From: Octopus bimaculoides
Lineage: Eukaryota
Assembly: GCF_001194135.2 (NCBI RefSeq)
Contig: NC_068997.1
Location: 9,005,244-9,069,243, forward strand
Reading direction: 5' to 3'
Length of the DNA stretch: 64,000 nt
In this document: positions 11,301 to 23,500 of the stretch, piece after piece
Layout of the letters: the number at the start of each line of letters is the position of its first letter
Numbering within the stretch: the stretch's first letter is position 1
The notes under the pieces: model-generated
Databases searched by the model: none
What the model was told of the DNA's origin: nothing
What the model saw: only the letters and a program-made list of their open reading frames with translations
Position numbers and translations under genes: made by a program

Positions 11301-14300
11301 GGAATTCTTGAAAATAATAATAATAATAACAATAATTATACTTTTTACTATAGGCACAAGACCTGAAATTTTGGGGAGAAGACTAGTTGATTACATCAAC
11401 CCCAGTATGTGACTGGTACTTATGTCATTAACCCCGAAAAGATGAAAGGCAATGTAAACCTCAGTGGAATTTGAACTCAAAATGTAAAGATGTATATGTC
11501 ACTAAGCATTATGTCTGGTGTGCTAACCATTCTGCCAGCTCCCCACCTTATATAATAGTAATCCTTTCTGCTATAGGGGGATAGTTGATTACATTGACCC
11601 CAGTGTGTAATTGGTACTTAATTTATCGACCCTGAAAGGATGAAAGGCAAAGTCAATCTTGGCGGAATATGCATGCAGAATGTAAAGATGGATGAAATGC
11701 AGCCAAGCCTTTTGTCCAGCATGCTAACGATTCTACCAGCTTGCCGCCTTAATAATAAGAATTCATTCTTTTACTGTTTTTATTTTTAGTTATTGGATTA
11801 AGATTATAGCGCAATAGCACCTTCAAAGCCTTAGACAATCATATCAATCCAATACTTGTTTCAATCTGGTGCTTATTTTTACAAATTTCTATTTTATGAA
11901 CCATTAAGTTACTGGCCAGAAAGGGACACAACATAATAATGGTTTCTAAGCCAGCATAAGCATAAACAAACACACATATATGTAATGTGCACATACACAC
12001 ACATACAAATATGTAGGTGTATATCGATGAAAGGTTTCTGCATAGTTTCCATCTACCAAATTCTGACATAAGGTTTTGGTCAATCCAAGGATATATGGCA
12101 AAAGACACTTGTATATAAGCAGTTAAAATATCTGGTGGTCATTGTAACTTTTATAAATCAGGTATTAAGACTTGCCAAAAATATTTTTTTACACAGGTGC
12201 AAGCATGGCTGAGTGGTAAGAAGCTTGCTTTCCAACCAAATGGATTCAGGTTCAGCCCCACAGTGTTGCATCTTGGGCAAATGTCTTCTACTGTAGCTTC
12301 AGGCTGACCAAAGCCTTGTGAGTGGATTTAGTAGATGGAACCTGAAAGAATCCTGTTTTATCTAAATGTCTATCCATCTATGTGTGTGTGTGTGTGTCCT
12401 CCACTGCTTAGAAACCAGTGTCGGTGTGTTTACAGCCCCATAACTTAGCAATTTGGCAAAAAATGGATGGCTTCACAAAAAAATTAGTACTGAGGTCGAT
12501 TCATTCAACTAAAATTGTTTGAGGTTGTGCCCCAGCATGGCCACAGTTTAATGACTGAAACAAGTAAAAAAAATGAAGATAGTTATTAATTTAGACATCA
12601 TAAACTTTATTCATAGCTTAATAGTTAATGAAGAAATTCTTTGACAATAATACGTACTAGCACCCTCAGGAACACATAACATCATATCTGTGCTGCACAC
12701 CCAGATACCAGGGGGAGCATATTGAGCAATCTGTGAAAAGAAAGCAAACATTTAAAGAAATATCATCACCATCGTTTAACATCTGCTTTCCATGCTGGCA
12801 TGAGTTGGACAGTTTGACATGGAGCTGTCCAGATTTCAATTGTCTGTTGTGGCATGTTTTCTACAGCTGAATGCCTTTCCTAATGTCAACACTCAACAGA
12901 ATGTTCTGGGTGGTTCTCAGGTGCCACTGATATGGGTGTGTTTATGTAGCACCGGCATGGGTACATTGACACAGCATGGGTACATATATGCAGCACTGGC
13001 GTGGGTGCTTTTTAAGTGGCACCCACACCTGAAAGGACAAGCCTGTATGTGTGGAAGACAGCGATTTTACTGAGCTTGATGCGTCTTATCAAGTACAACA
13101 AATACAGCAAAAAAAAAATGTGGGGAAAAAAAATGATAAAATCTATAAACAGTGTGGCCAAGCATCACAAGACAAATGTAAGAGTGAAGGCTGCTTTGTT
13201 AGGTCTTGTTGACCAGAAGCAACATGGGACTGAGCCACAATATGATGCTAAAACCTGAATGGTAGAAGAAAGATCTATATAATGGCTATACTGGTAAAGA
13301 TATTTAATACATACAGAAGACATTTCCTTGGTGTCAAAAGTAACATATATTGACAGCAGAAGGTATGTGCAGCAGAGAAGTTGAGAGAACATAGTGAGGT
13401 CAGATCTGAAGACTTTAGATCTCTTGTGTGCAATGATGCCAGATCAAAAGAAGTAGTAGTATCTGTGACATGGTTAGTTGTATGTGTGTTGTTGATTTAA
13501 TACAGACTCAGTTCTATATAACAACATAAAGACAATGAGGGGGGGGCCTGTATGCTATCATTCAATTTGCTAGAAATAGCAGCCAAGTCTCCCTTGGCTA
13601 AATTAGAGAGAGAGAAGAAAGAAGGGTATATTGGATAATGTAGTACTAGGTAGAATCTGTGTTGTCTTCATCTGAGTTGAGCTGGAACTAAGCAACAATA
13701 TGAAGACAAAATTTCACTGATGAGTGGGACTGAACCTGAAAGCATGGGTTACAAAGTGAGTTTCTGAACCACACAAACATGCCAGCACCTATGCATGTAT
13801 ACCTACATAAACCCATTTTATATTATTTCTACCAGGGCACCTCATGAAGGTGGGCGAGTAAATCAGCCGAAATGTTGTGATAACAACAAACATAATGAGG
13901 ACACATATTTGTCCAATGTCATCATCATCATCATCGTTTAACGTCCGCTTTCCATGCTAGCATGGGTTGGACGATTTGACTGAGGACTGGTGAAACCAGA
14001 TGGCTACACCAGGCTCCAATCTGATTTGGCAGAGTTTCTACAGCTGGATGCCCTTCCTAACGCCAACCACTCTGAGAGTGTAGTGGGTGCTTTTACATGC
14101 CACCGGCACGAAGGCCAGTCAGGCGGTACTGGCAACGGCCACGCTCAAAATGGTGTATTTTACGTGCCACCTGCACAGGAGCCAGTCCAGCGGCACTGGC
14201 AACGATCTCACTCAAATGTCTTTACACGTGCCATCCGTCACAAGTGCCAGTAAGGCGAGGCTGGGCACAGGTGACGTAAATAATTTAAACTAACATTCAT

Positions 14301-14773
14301 TACATATTTCATTAAAAGATATGCAGAATTATTTTGTTAAAGTAGCTTCAAAGTTAAATAATGGTAAGGAAATTGCTTACACTTTCAGTTACAGTTTTGT
14401 AAGTAATGTCGATAAGACAGAGAAGGGAGTCATAACTTGATTTCTGGTATTTCACAGGCAATGGAAGGAAAGCTTGTCTACAGGAACTGTAGGGATAACA
14501 TCGACCCTGAAAGAAGAAAAATTAAAAAGCAAGCTAGAAAGATTTTCTTTCATAGAACAGGGATTAAAATAATATCAGTGGGTGTCTATAAAAATTATAT
14601 ATATATAAGGTGCAGGAGTGGCTGTGTGGTAAGTAGCTTGCTTACCAACCACATGGTTCCGGGTTCAGTCCCACTGCATGGCATCTTGGGCAAGTGTCTT
14701 CTACTATAGCCTCGGGCCGACCAAAGCCTTGTGAGTGGATTTGGTAGACAGAAACTGAAAGAAGTCTGTCGTA

Positions 14774-14816
<43 letters not shown>

Positions 14817-15088
14817 ATATATNNNNNNNNNNNNNNNNNNNNNNNNNNNNNNNNNNNNNNNNNNNNNNNNNNNTGTGTGTGTGTGTGTGTGTGTTTGTCC
14901 CCCTAGCATTGCTTGACAACTAATGCTGGTGTGTTTACATCCCCATGACTTAGCGGTTCGGCAAAAGAGACCGATAGAATAAGTACTAGGCTTACAAAGA
15001 ATAAGTCCCGGGGTCGATTTGCTCGACTGGAGGCGGTGCTTCAGTATGGCCGCAGTCATATGACTGAAACAAGTAAAAGAGTAAAAGA

Positions 15089-15130
<42 letters not shown>

Positions 15131-18100
15131 CCATACATCTATATGCATACCTATATGTATACATACACACACCTACATGCATATATACACACGTGTACTT
15201 CTATGTGCATCTAAAGACAAATGCATTATATAAAGATAGCATGGTGTGAACTGCCTGCAGTTTCTACCAAATGCAGGTTGGTTTGTTTAGTACACTTGTT
15301 AGTTTATTGAAATTTCAGTATAAGGTGTCAATGCAGTTACGCACTTTACAAGAAGAGTTGAAATTAATGCATGCAAGATTTCACAGCTCTAGTGTCACTC
15401 CTTCATAATCAACCGATGAACTTTTCAGCCCGTCTTCATACATCCAGACTTAGACATTTTATTTGAATTGCAGACAGGACAGAATCGTTATGGTTTCATG
15501 TATAGGAAAGTGGTTATACACCATTAGGTGTACACCGCTTTCCGTACATTAAATTCTGAAGAAACAACGGAACGCAGATTCTGAACCATCAACACAACAA
15601 TATTTATTTACAGAGGAAATAGGCAGCACTTCGCCCTTTGGTTGCTGAGACGCCGTCATTGATGTTGAGTGGTTATTTGTCTAGCTCCAGAGTTGGAATG
15701 TTGGAATGAGCTGTCTCCAGAGTTGGAATGTTGGAGACAGTCTGCTTGTACGTCTGGGCTCATGGCTGGCCGGCCGAGAAAGAGAATGAAAAGAGCGGGA
15801 ACGTTTTAGATGTTGAACTCCACGCATGCGCATGAGACTCTTCCCGTGTTCCTTCCGGAACTAGTCCCTGCGCATGCGTGGATAAGCTTACCGGAAAGGT
15901 CGTCTGCTAGTAAGGCGTTACTACACATGTATATAATGAAACTTGTTGATGAAACTCAGAACAATGTGCTGAGAATCACATGTCACGTACGTACTAATCT
16001 GCGAAGGCTTTTGAAATCAGTGTCATGGTTTTGTCTGTTTTTCAATGCACCAATAGTTTTGTGACAATTTGGAACCAAAATAAGGCACATTATGATTCCA
16101 TGATGGATGGTCTTTCAGGGAAAAGTTGTTCAACTACAAAATTGGTCTTTTCAAAGGATGATCTGTGCGTCTTCCCCCACCACTGCTATTGAACAAAAAC
16201 TAGCCATCCATAATGAAATTGCAGAAATTCAACAATTGATATTTGACTTGAGCATCAAAACAATGAATATCAGAGCAAAAATCCATACAAAATTATACAG
16301 TAATGGAATGTATTAGAATGCTTAGGTTAGAACCTATTCACAGCAATAGCTGAATCTAGATGCATTGAGAAAGTCATCAAATCTGCCACACATTATGTAT
16401 TTTCTACTGGTGTAGCCAAAGGAATCATCAACCTACAAGTATTCACTGACAACTCATCCAAGGACTTTGACTGTGTTCCTAAAAAAAAAAAAAAAGTTCT
16501 TTCTCTAAGTCAACCAGAATCTAAACCCAGACTAGTTAGATTAACCTTATTGAGCTCTACCGAGGCACATGCATAATGATTAGCCTCTAATAAGACTAAG
16601 GCATGGAAACTGAATTGCTTATGAAACTCATCCTAATTTACCACCTGATGCACACTTGTGTTCTGTAGCCTACTTGAATTGTAACTCAGCACACCACATG
16701 TGAGCTTTAGCTTATGTCTTCTCAAGTACAGCAAATCACCACAACTCCTGGTTCTTTGTCATTTGTGAATGGAATTATAAGGAGAAGAAGAAATACAACT
16801 TACACTGTGAAGAATAAGTATGTAACAGTTTTGGAGAACATCAGCATTGATGGCCTGAAAGACAAGAAATTTATCAGTTTTTACTATATTTAAAGAAAAC
16901 CATGGGAATATTTTTCATCAAATTCTTGTTGATTTTCAACAAACACTCAATGGCATAATTGAAACATTTTCTTAGATATCTTTTGAAATTCTTTAAATGA
17001 AATTTCAAGTATTTTTTTGTCATCTCTCTACTTATTGGTTATAGAAACAGCAGCAGCAGTAGTAGTGATGGTAGCAATGACTATGATAACACCACCCACA
17101 AATGTATGGTGATGGAACTTCTTTCTATGTGGTTGCTTAGTCTGCTAGAAATAGCAGCCAAAAATATATGTAGACATCACTGTGTGGTAAAGAAGTTTAC
17201 TTTACAACTCTGTCATTGTAGGTTCAATCTTACTATTTAGCATATCGGTTAATCAATGCTTTATGAGTAAAATTTCAAAGTCAGAAACCTGTGAAAATCT
17301 GTCATATACATCATCATCATTTATCATCCACTTTTTCATGCTTGCATAGGTGGGATGGAATTGGCTGGATGCACTTCCAGTTGCAAACCCTTACCTGTTT
17401 CAAAGCAAGGTAATATTTCCTCATGGCTAGACATGTTTTTCACAGACGGTTGGAAACAAACAACCTCGCTTGTATGACAGTGATGCTCATTTACAGCCAT
17501 CACATGATGTCTACACAAGGGTACACATAAATGCATGTGTACACACATGCACACACACGTGCTTGAACGGAGACGTATAGATTTGTGTTGCATCCAAGAA
17601 GTAAGGTGGAGAGGAAGTTCTGCTAGGTTCCTCACAGGCAAAGAACATAGGTATAAGATTTTCTGGGTAGGGAACACTGAAGGGGTCGGTGGGGCATGGG
17701 TATACTTCTTGCAGAAAAATGGGTTGATAAGGTAATCAAGGTAGTCAGAGTCTGCGATAGAATACTTAAGATTAGATTAGTGCTTGCAAGATGGATTAGC
17801 AACCATTATCTTGGCTTATGCCCCTCAGCCAGGGCTACCTGATGAACAGAAAACCGATGTTATGACACCCTCTTGGACAACATGCAGGGGGCTTCCATGG
17901 TGTAGATGGTGGCTATGGTTTTGGTTCCCACAATGAGGAAGGAACCAGGCTACTGGAGTTCTGTGATGCAAATGATCTTATAGTTGCAATACTAACTTCA
18001 GGAAACCTGCCAGTCACCTAGTCACTTACCAGTCTGGTGGACACACTAGTCAGATCGACTACATCCTCACCAGGAAATGCCAAAACCTTCCCAGGTGAAG

Positions 18101-20554
18101 AATGCACCCCACAGCATAGGTTAGTAGTTAGTGGCTTTAGGATCAGGGCTAAATGGGTGCCTAGAAGATGATCAGCATGGAAAAGAAGGACATGGAAGCT
18201 TAAGGATCCTGTGAATGGACAGAGATTTAGAGACATATTACTCAAAGCATATGACGAAATAGAGGAGGATATAGCATCACCGAATGTGTAAGACAATGGG
18301 ACAACCTGTTGAGGGCCACTGACCAGATCTGTGGATGGTGCAAAGCCCCCTCTCAACCTAAGGTAACATGGGACATTAGGGAAAAGAAACAGGCATGGAA
18401 GGACTGGAAGAACGGAGGTAGCAGGGAACTGTATCAGATTGCCAGTAGGGAAGCTAGGAGACAGATTTACTTAGCCAGAGGGGAAGCAGATAAGAGAAAT
18501 TTTGCCAATGTTCTGCACCATGAAGACCAAAGACTTTAAGTGTTTTGTGTTGCAAGACAATGTATGAGAGAGAATCGTGATGTCATAGGAGAGAAATGTG
18601 TCTGCATGGATGATGGCTCACTTGCATTTAATGAGGCTGCAAAGAGAGAGACTTGGAGACACCACTATGAAAGGTTGCTAAATGAAGAGAATGCATGGAA
18701 GAAAGAGAGCCTGCCAAATGTCGATCCAAAAGAGGGACCAGCTATCTGAATTGACAGAACCTTGGTAGATAAAGCAATTAAGGGTATGAAGACAGGGAAA
18801 GCCCCCAGCTCATCAGGAATCACTGCAGAGATGCTTAAAATATCTGGTGGTGTCAGCTATAGTCTAATCACCCATATAATCAATCTGGTTGTGGTAGGGT
18901 CAATCTATTTGACGAGAACTCTTCAAGGTGGTGCTCCAGAATGGCCACAGTCCTCCAATTGAAATAAGATAACAAATAAAAATGCTGTGTAATGGCTCAG
19001 ATAGAAATATTAAAAGGAATGAAAAACAGTCTTGGCCAAGCCTTTCCCAATGACATGTTATCAATCACATAAATAGAACAGTGCCAATGAAGTGTTTGAC
19101 TTGCAAGAAATAACAACCAAATCTACCATACTATTTTAAAGACTACACTGAATGTGGATCTTTGATTGTAGGTTTGCATGATCAAAGGTTAAACAACTTT
19201 CTCTAGACTGTCTTGTTATGGCACCAATACCTGCAATAAACAATAAGACTCGACCAATTCCTTACCGTATATCCTTTTTTAGCACAGATATACTCAGTAA
19301 CAGCCAACAAAGCATTAATTGTTGCTCCTCCGCTTCCAACATTTGATTTTGGATCTTCAATGGTTAGCAAAATTACATCTTTTGGGAATAAGCCTTTAGC
19401 TTGTCTTATATCCAATTCTGAAATTAATAGATAAAAAAAATGTGGTGTAATATGGAACTGTGATTAAGGTTGTGGATTAAAATAATGTAGAAGTGACAGG
19501 AAAAAAAGCAAAAGTGGGTATAAGTAAAGGAATGTGAAATGGTTACTTGCAAGAAGGACAGTGCAAATGACCTGGGAACACAACTGACATAAAAATCATT
19601 AGATACACTCAAGACTGAGTAAATACAATTTTATGCCTAACATAACAATGACATATAGTCTATCATAAGATATTCAAAATTATTGGGCCCGACATTGAAC
19701 ACACCATAAAACATTGAAGCAAAAGCACACAAAATCATTGAACATATTTAAAACATTCACTACATCCACACAAGGTCAACAGAAAAAAAAAAAACAAGAG
19801 GAGAAATTTTCATAGAGGTGAGAGGGCACTGCTCATAACCTTTTTTTTCTACTGAAATTGGTGGTAGGAATGGATAAGATTATTAGCAAACCAGAGAGCT
19901 GGTCGAAATACTTAAAGCATAGTGAACTCTACTAAAGGCACTCAAAGACCAGGAGGTGGCATTAAGCTGGGCAAAGGATTATACCAGACTCTCTTGTAGA
20001 CAAATTCTACAAAGAGAATAGAAATTTACATAAATGGCTTTGATAAATTTATTACAGATGAAAGAAAGTTAAAACAGAGAAACAAAGAAAAAAAATGTTT
20101 TTAACAAGAATTTAGAAAAAATATTACAGGGATGTACTTGCATAGCAAGTGACTTGATCTCAGATCATGTGCTGAAACAAAAACAATTGCAGCACGGAAG
20201 ATATCTAAACCATTTAAAAACGCACAAAAACCATTAATTTCACTTCAACATTTGAATTTAATTTGTGTCAAAATATTTACATCACTTTGAAACTCTGACC
20301 TAATCACTGACAAAACTTTGTGCTTACAGGTCACAGTTTCAATGTGACGAAAATATTTTGACACAAATTCAAATGTTGAAATGAAACTAACAGTTTGAGT
20401 GTGTTTTTAAATGGCTTATAAACATCTTCCACACTGCAATTGCTAGAAAAACTATTTGCAGCTATTCACCTTGTTGCACAGATTGTGACCATTGGTTATC
20501 AGAGCAGGTAAGTACAACAGCAGTCCACTGGAAGTTGGCCCGATTAGGCTCCAT
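939..20554 (-). CDS. FCSK: L-fucose kinase (fucokinase), multi-exon gene; N-terminal ~half in window, continues past left edge
   Basis: 14 exons with GT-AG ends and compatible phases splice into a protein colinear with human FUK/FCSK (WTAVVLTC, EDP..VGSGGAT.NAL, PPGIWVCSTDM, PPLDGCTYIGLDSG, LSLFFD, KRTG, AKLFP, WRESWRLS). One ~35-aa exon expected between 5431 and 4075 was not found. Confidence 0.93.
3197..3324 (-). CDS. FCSK: FCSK coding exon
   Basis: GSSKKVLWTAKLFPIFHHEETVGMKEILWLLGESCDGTEVPK; tttag/GTAAGG, phase 2. Confidence 0.9.
3974..4075 (-). CDS. FCSK: FCSK coding exon (follows a presumed missing exon)
   Basis: SSLNAENATFCNQKWKDFMKRTGIKEEELWNTSD (human ..[23 protein letters not shown]); cttgcag/GTAAAT. 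Confidence 0.86.
4257..4545. mobile_element. Nested-hairpin (foldback) MITE-like element running into an N gap
   Basis: Outer arms GCCAAACAAGCACATG..TTCTTCACTTCAGA / TCTGAAGTGAAGAAC..TGTGCTTATTTGGC; inner arms GTAACCTCTTCAG..ACTCTCCATCCCA / TGGGATGGAGAGT..CTGAAGAGGTTAC. Confidence 0.7.
5431..5592 (-). CDS. FCSK: FCSK coding exon 11 (left-handed beta-helix-like segment)
   Basis: SEADISETSTLINSVIQKNVEVGEKSVLINCYLDGKIQIGNNSLCNGLRLDLSN; tctacag/GTAAGT. Confidence 0.92.
5805..5885. repeat. 27-bp tandem repeat x3 with internal palindrome
   Basis: Unit TTGTGTACCCTTGGGTACATCACATTG contains TGTACCC-TT-GGGTACA. Confidence 0.9.
6381..6514 (-). CDS. FCSK: FCSK coding exon 10
   Basis: (C)VIEGGQYLYLTNSAQDFLNQIIHCPLQSQSRNLVWHKITHSYID; phases 1 to 0 fit both neighbours; ttttag/GTAAGT. 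Confidence 0.9.
6915..7125 (-). mobile_element. Short Penelope-like terminal-repeat fragment carrying the hammerhead motif, flanked by (TG)n
   Basis: Homologous to 52020-52180 across and downstream of the ribozyme (AAAGACTTTC..ACTAATACA..TTGTT..TACACC..CTGT..CGTC). PLE assignment is inferred from the motif type. Confidence 0.55.
7004..7039 (-). ncRNA. Minimal type-I hammerhead ribozyme-like motif (variant core CUGUUGA) in FCSK intron
   Basis: Minus strand reads CUUU CUGUUGA A GAGC-GUAG-GCUC GAAAU GUA AAAG: stem I CUUU/AAAG, stem II GAGC/GCUC, cleavage triplet GUA. Confidence 0.6.
7625..7814 (-). CDS. FCSK: FCSK coding exon 9
   Basis: LSLFFDVLLPMATNITEEDFVSGKRVHSFKDFPVNQDRSGDWQNAKEVRQILWNELNSLKIMT; ttttcag/GTAAGT. 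Confidence 0.94.
8327..8446 (-). CDS. FCSK: FCSK coding exon 8
   Basis: VTGLLYFKQNVAEKILSFHVKPPLDGCTYIGLDSGQTPKQ; cctacag/GTATAA. Confidence 0.94.
8904..8984 (-). CDS. FCSK: FCSK coding exon 7
   Basis: GFVEDILYKVDENEILKYIGPNENPLI; ttttatag/GTAAGT. Confidence 0.9.
10741..11124. repeat. 24-bp minisatellite, ~16 copies
   Basis: Unit GAGTACAGAAATGTTGATGGCGAG, head-to-tail without spacers; GGTAAG variants at the edges. Confidence 0.97.
11212..11306 (-). CDS. FCSK: FCSK coding exon 6
   Basis: (K)FQWTDADVCAVTFPSSVSYCKDHGIYKTDSQ; tttcaag/GTAAGT. Confidence 0.92.
12658..12730 (-). CDS. FCSK: FCSK coding exon 5
   Basis: IAQYAPPGIWVCSTDMMLCVPEGA; ttcacag/GTACGT, phase 1. Confidence 0.94.
13920..14270 (-). 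mobile_element. RTE 3'-end repeat (5'-truncated LINE or RTE-tailed SINE), exemplar
   Basis: Reverse complement of the 45935-46220 LINE tail with (CAT)n. Other copies at approx. 26-250, 12770-13030, 23137-23470, 38860-39060, 60270-60440. Confidence 0.85.
14381..14506 (-). CDS. FCSK: FCSK coding exon 4
   Basis: GRCYPYSSCRQAFLPLPVKYQKSSYDSLLCLIDITYKTVTES; 126 nt; tttcag/GTAAGC. Confidence 0.9.
14608..15085 (+). mobile_element. tRNA-derived SINE family B, near-intact exemplar with central (TA)n/(TG)n
   Basis: AGGTGCAGGAGTGGCTGTGTGGTAAG..GGTTCAGTCCC head and ..TGACTGAAACAAGTAAAAGA tail. Other copies at approx. 3505-3800, 7200-7400, 7985-8150, 10120-10555, 12195-12570, 34185-34570, 43050-43170, 48365-48600, 54820-55040, 63165-63370. 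Confidence 0.85.
15499..15925 (-). mobile_element. Solo LTR-like element (~427 bp) in an FCSK intron
   Basis: TGTA...TACA termini, CpG-rich, AATAAA on minus at 15608-15603, internal direct repeats. CATG(TATA) is repeated at both junctions (15497 and 15926). Confidence 0.6.
16804..16854 (-). CDS. FCSK: FCSK coding exon 3
   Basis: AINADVLQNCYILILHS (human VVTSDVLHSAWILILHM); 51 nt; tttcag/GTAAGT. Confidence 0.92.
17545..18880 (+). mobile_element. Degenerate RTE-clade LINE (AP endonuclease and pre-RT region), antisense to FCSK
   Basis: LERRRIDLCCIQEVRWRGSSARF.., ..[16 protein letters not shown].., VDKAIKGMKTGKAP.SSGITAEMLK; many frameshifts and stops. Confidence 0.9.
19266..19417 (-). CDS. FCSK: FCSK coding exon 2
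   Basis: (E)LDIRQAKGLFPKDVILLTIEDPKSNVGSGGATINALLAVTEYICAKKGYT; ttcag/GTAAGG. Confidence 0.95.
20470..20554 (-). CDS. FCSK: FCSK first coding exon
   Basis: MEPNRANFQWTAVVLTCSDNQWSQSVQQ(E), like human MEQPKGVDWTVIILTC. Acceptor CAG at 20580-20578 implies an upstream non-coding exon; donor GTGAAT, phase 1. Confidence 0.88.
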
Positions 20555-23500
20555 ATCATTTTCTTAAAAAAACTGACCTGAAAATATACAAAAATATTGC
20601 GAGATTGTAGATTCAATGAAAACTGAACAGAAATCAAGAAAATGGGATGGATCATGTTTGATTGATCTGTTGGAATTAACAGTTAAATCTCCCTTAAGTT
20701 ATACCCAATCATCTGCTGTCTATGCTACAATGGATTGAATGGGTTATCACAGTTCAAGTCAAATCTTATTGAGAGTTACTGTTATCCTTGATAGATCAGA
20801 GAACCACAATTCACTTGTGCATCTCAATTTTGTCAGATTCTACAGCTGGATGCTCATCCCAAAAGAGAGTTTGTTGTGCCTTCATAAAATTCATTCCTCT
20901 AGAAAAAAAAAAAAATGAATAAATGTTTCTTTCCAGTTGTTTATAGTTTAAGTTCAAATTGCACTGGAGCTGACTTTGCCAAAACATCCACCCAAAGATC
21001 AATAAAACAAATTGTAGTACTGTACCCGAGTTCATCCCTTCTACTACACACTATATATCCATGTATCTTGTAATGCAAGTCACAGTGTAAAAGTTCAGTT
21101 ATTATTTTAACGTTTAAGGTTTAATTATTTTTAATCGTCTATGACATGTGACTTTTAATCAATTTTTATCATTTAACGACCAAAGTTTACTAAATGCCTG
21201 ATAATTTCAATATTTACAGGTAAAAACGTTAGGAGTGTCATGCAGAAGACAGTCTATCAATATTATCTCTATAGGCCATATACAAGTGGAAAATTGGACA
21301 AACGTATGTTTGCCTTTGTGACTTCTATATGAAGGTACAGGAGTGGCTGCATGGTGAGAAATTTGCTTCTCAACTACATGGTTCAGTCCCACTGTGTGGC
21401 AACTTCAAGTTTTTGTAGAAGTCCTATGTTTAGTTAAATGATTTCAAGATAAAAACATTATCTTGTAACGCAAGTTGCAGTGCGAAAAACTAGTTATTTT
21501 AACATTTAAGTTTCTATTTTATTTAGTCGTCTATGACATGTGATTTTTAATCATCTTTTATCATTTACCGTCCAAAGTTTACTTAATGCCCGATACTTTT
21601 AACATTTGCTAAAACGTTAGAAGTGTGATGCTCAAAACGGTCCATCGAGTGACGTTAAATCGTACAGCGTTACAACAACAACTGTGAGTTATCTTTCTTA
21701 CATAAGACGTGATAACTTTTAACATGCTCACATATTTCTAGAAGCAGTGGTATATGAGAATGAAGGTCTATAACCCAAATATGGGTCATACAACAGATTT
21801 AGCAGGTTACGTCGACATTTGTACATGCTTTTTAGGACAAAGCTGCATGCAGGTCTTGTTTTTATTTGTAACTTAATTTCATATTTTTACCTTCTGCAAT
21901 GGCAAGTGACTCTTGTTTTTTAAAAGTAGGTTGCATCATCATATCTGTACTTGATTAGCATGTTTATCTTTATTTACTTGACGGACGATAGAAATATATA
22001 TTGTGAGCAAAAATAGGAAGAGTTTGTGCAACTTGTTATTTCCTGCTATGTTTAGAATTACATTTGTTCATTTTTCTAGCTTGTGTAAAATTAGTTTCAG
22101 TTTGTTTTTCCTCTTTTTAATCATATAAAGGAGAAAGTAAAAGGTTAAAACCAAAGAACTAGAATAGATTAAAAAAAAAAACTTCCAATAAAAAAACTAC
22201 TGTAAATTCTTTTCTCTAAAAATTAATATTTTTCTTTCGTTATCCCTATTACACCCAACTCGTGAGACGGGTCTAATAGTAACTATTTACCTAAAAACTC
22301 TTGATGTATTTACTATCAAGTAACAGAAATAAACAATAACATTTATTCGAATTTATACAACGAATAATTTCATGTTCCTTTATCTTCGTTCGTGAAACAT
22401 TAACTAAGGAGGTTTTAATAACGTTTCTTTGATTTGATTTCATGAGGAAATAGAATTGAAATCGGTCACGAGCAATCAGTGACACGAAATAAAACATGTT
22501 TTGAGTTATTAGAATAATTACAATAAAGTAGGATGGAGTTGTGCTTCTCTGGGCTCCTCCCATTGCGACTACAATTAAATAACTATTGTGTATATATATA
22601 AATTGGGCACCTTAAATGTTTTTAAAGTCTTACCTTTAACAAAACAGTGATATTTCAGTATTATTTTGTATAGTGGTACACCGAAAAACTTTGTTTTTGT
22701 TTTGAAAATATTTTTTTTACTCTATTTTTACGGTTAACTTGTTTTGTTGAGGGGAAATTGGGGGAAGAAGGCACCCGCTTTAATTACCCGAATTACTATT
22801 GGAAGTGAAGGGACGTAACTCGACGCACTAAGCTTCACAGCAGAGCTATTTATTGATTCTTTGTAAGGTAACACGAACAGTGTAGTTTTGGAATCGTTGT
22901 CTTTTGAAGTTCCATAAGAAAGGAAAAGGATAGTTTTTTTTTCCTTTATGTTATTGTAATCATTTTCATACAACAGCAGTTACGATTCTGAAACATCTTT
23001 GGTGTAGTTTTGGAATAGCTATCACTATCTCATGGAGAGGGAAAAGACCTCACAATTGGAAGGTCACGCACGAACAATATTATCATCAAGATGTGTGTGT
23101 GTGTGTTGTATGTATCTATATGTAGTACATTATATATCATCATCGTTTAACGTCCGTTTTCCATGCTGGCATGGGTTGGACGGTTCGACTGGGGTTTGCG
23201 AAGCCAGGAGGCTGCACCAGGCTCCAATCTGATCTGGCAGGGTTTCTACAGCTGGATGCCTTTCCTAATGCCAACCACTCCGAGAGTGTAGTGGGTGCTT
23301 TTTACGTGCCACCGACACAGGGGCCAGAAGAGCTGGCAACGACCATAATCGGATGGTGCTTTTTACGTGCCACCAGCACGGAAGCCAGTCAAAGCGGCAC
23401 TGGCATCGGCCACATACAGATGGTGCTTTTTATGTGCTACCGGCACGGGGCTCACAACTACAATTTCCATTTGATTTGATTCTGATATTGCTGATGTTGA

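Noticed and set aside
22734-22973. 79-aa minus ORF upstream of FCSK
   Set aside because: Non-canonical start, poly-A/T-driven composition, no similarity to the FCSK N-terminus, which is already accounted for.
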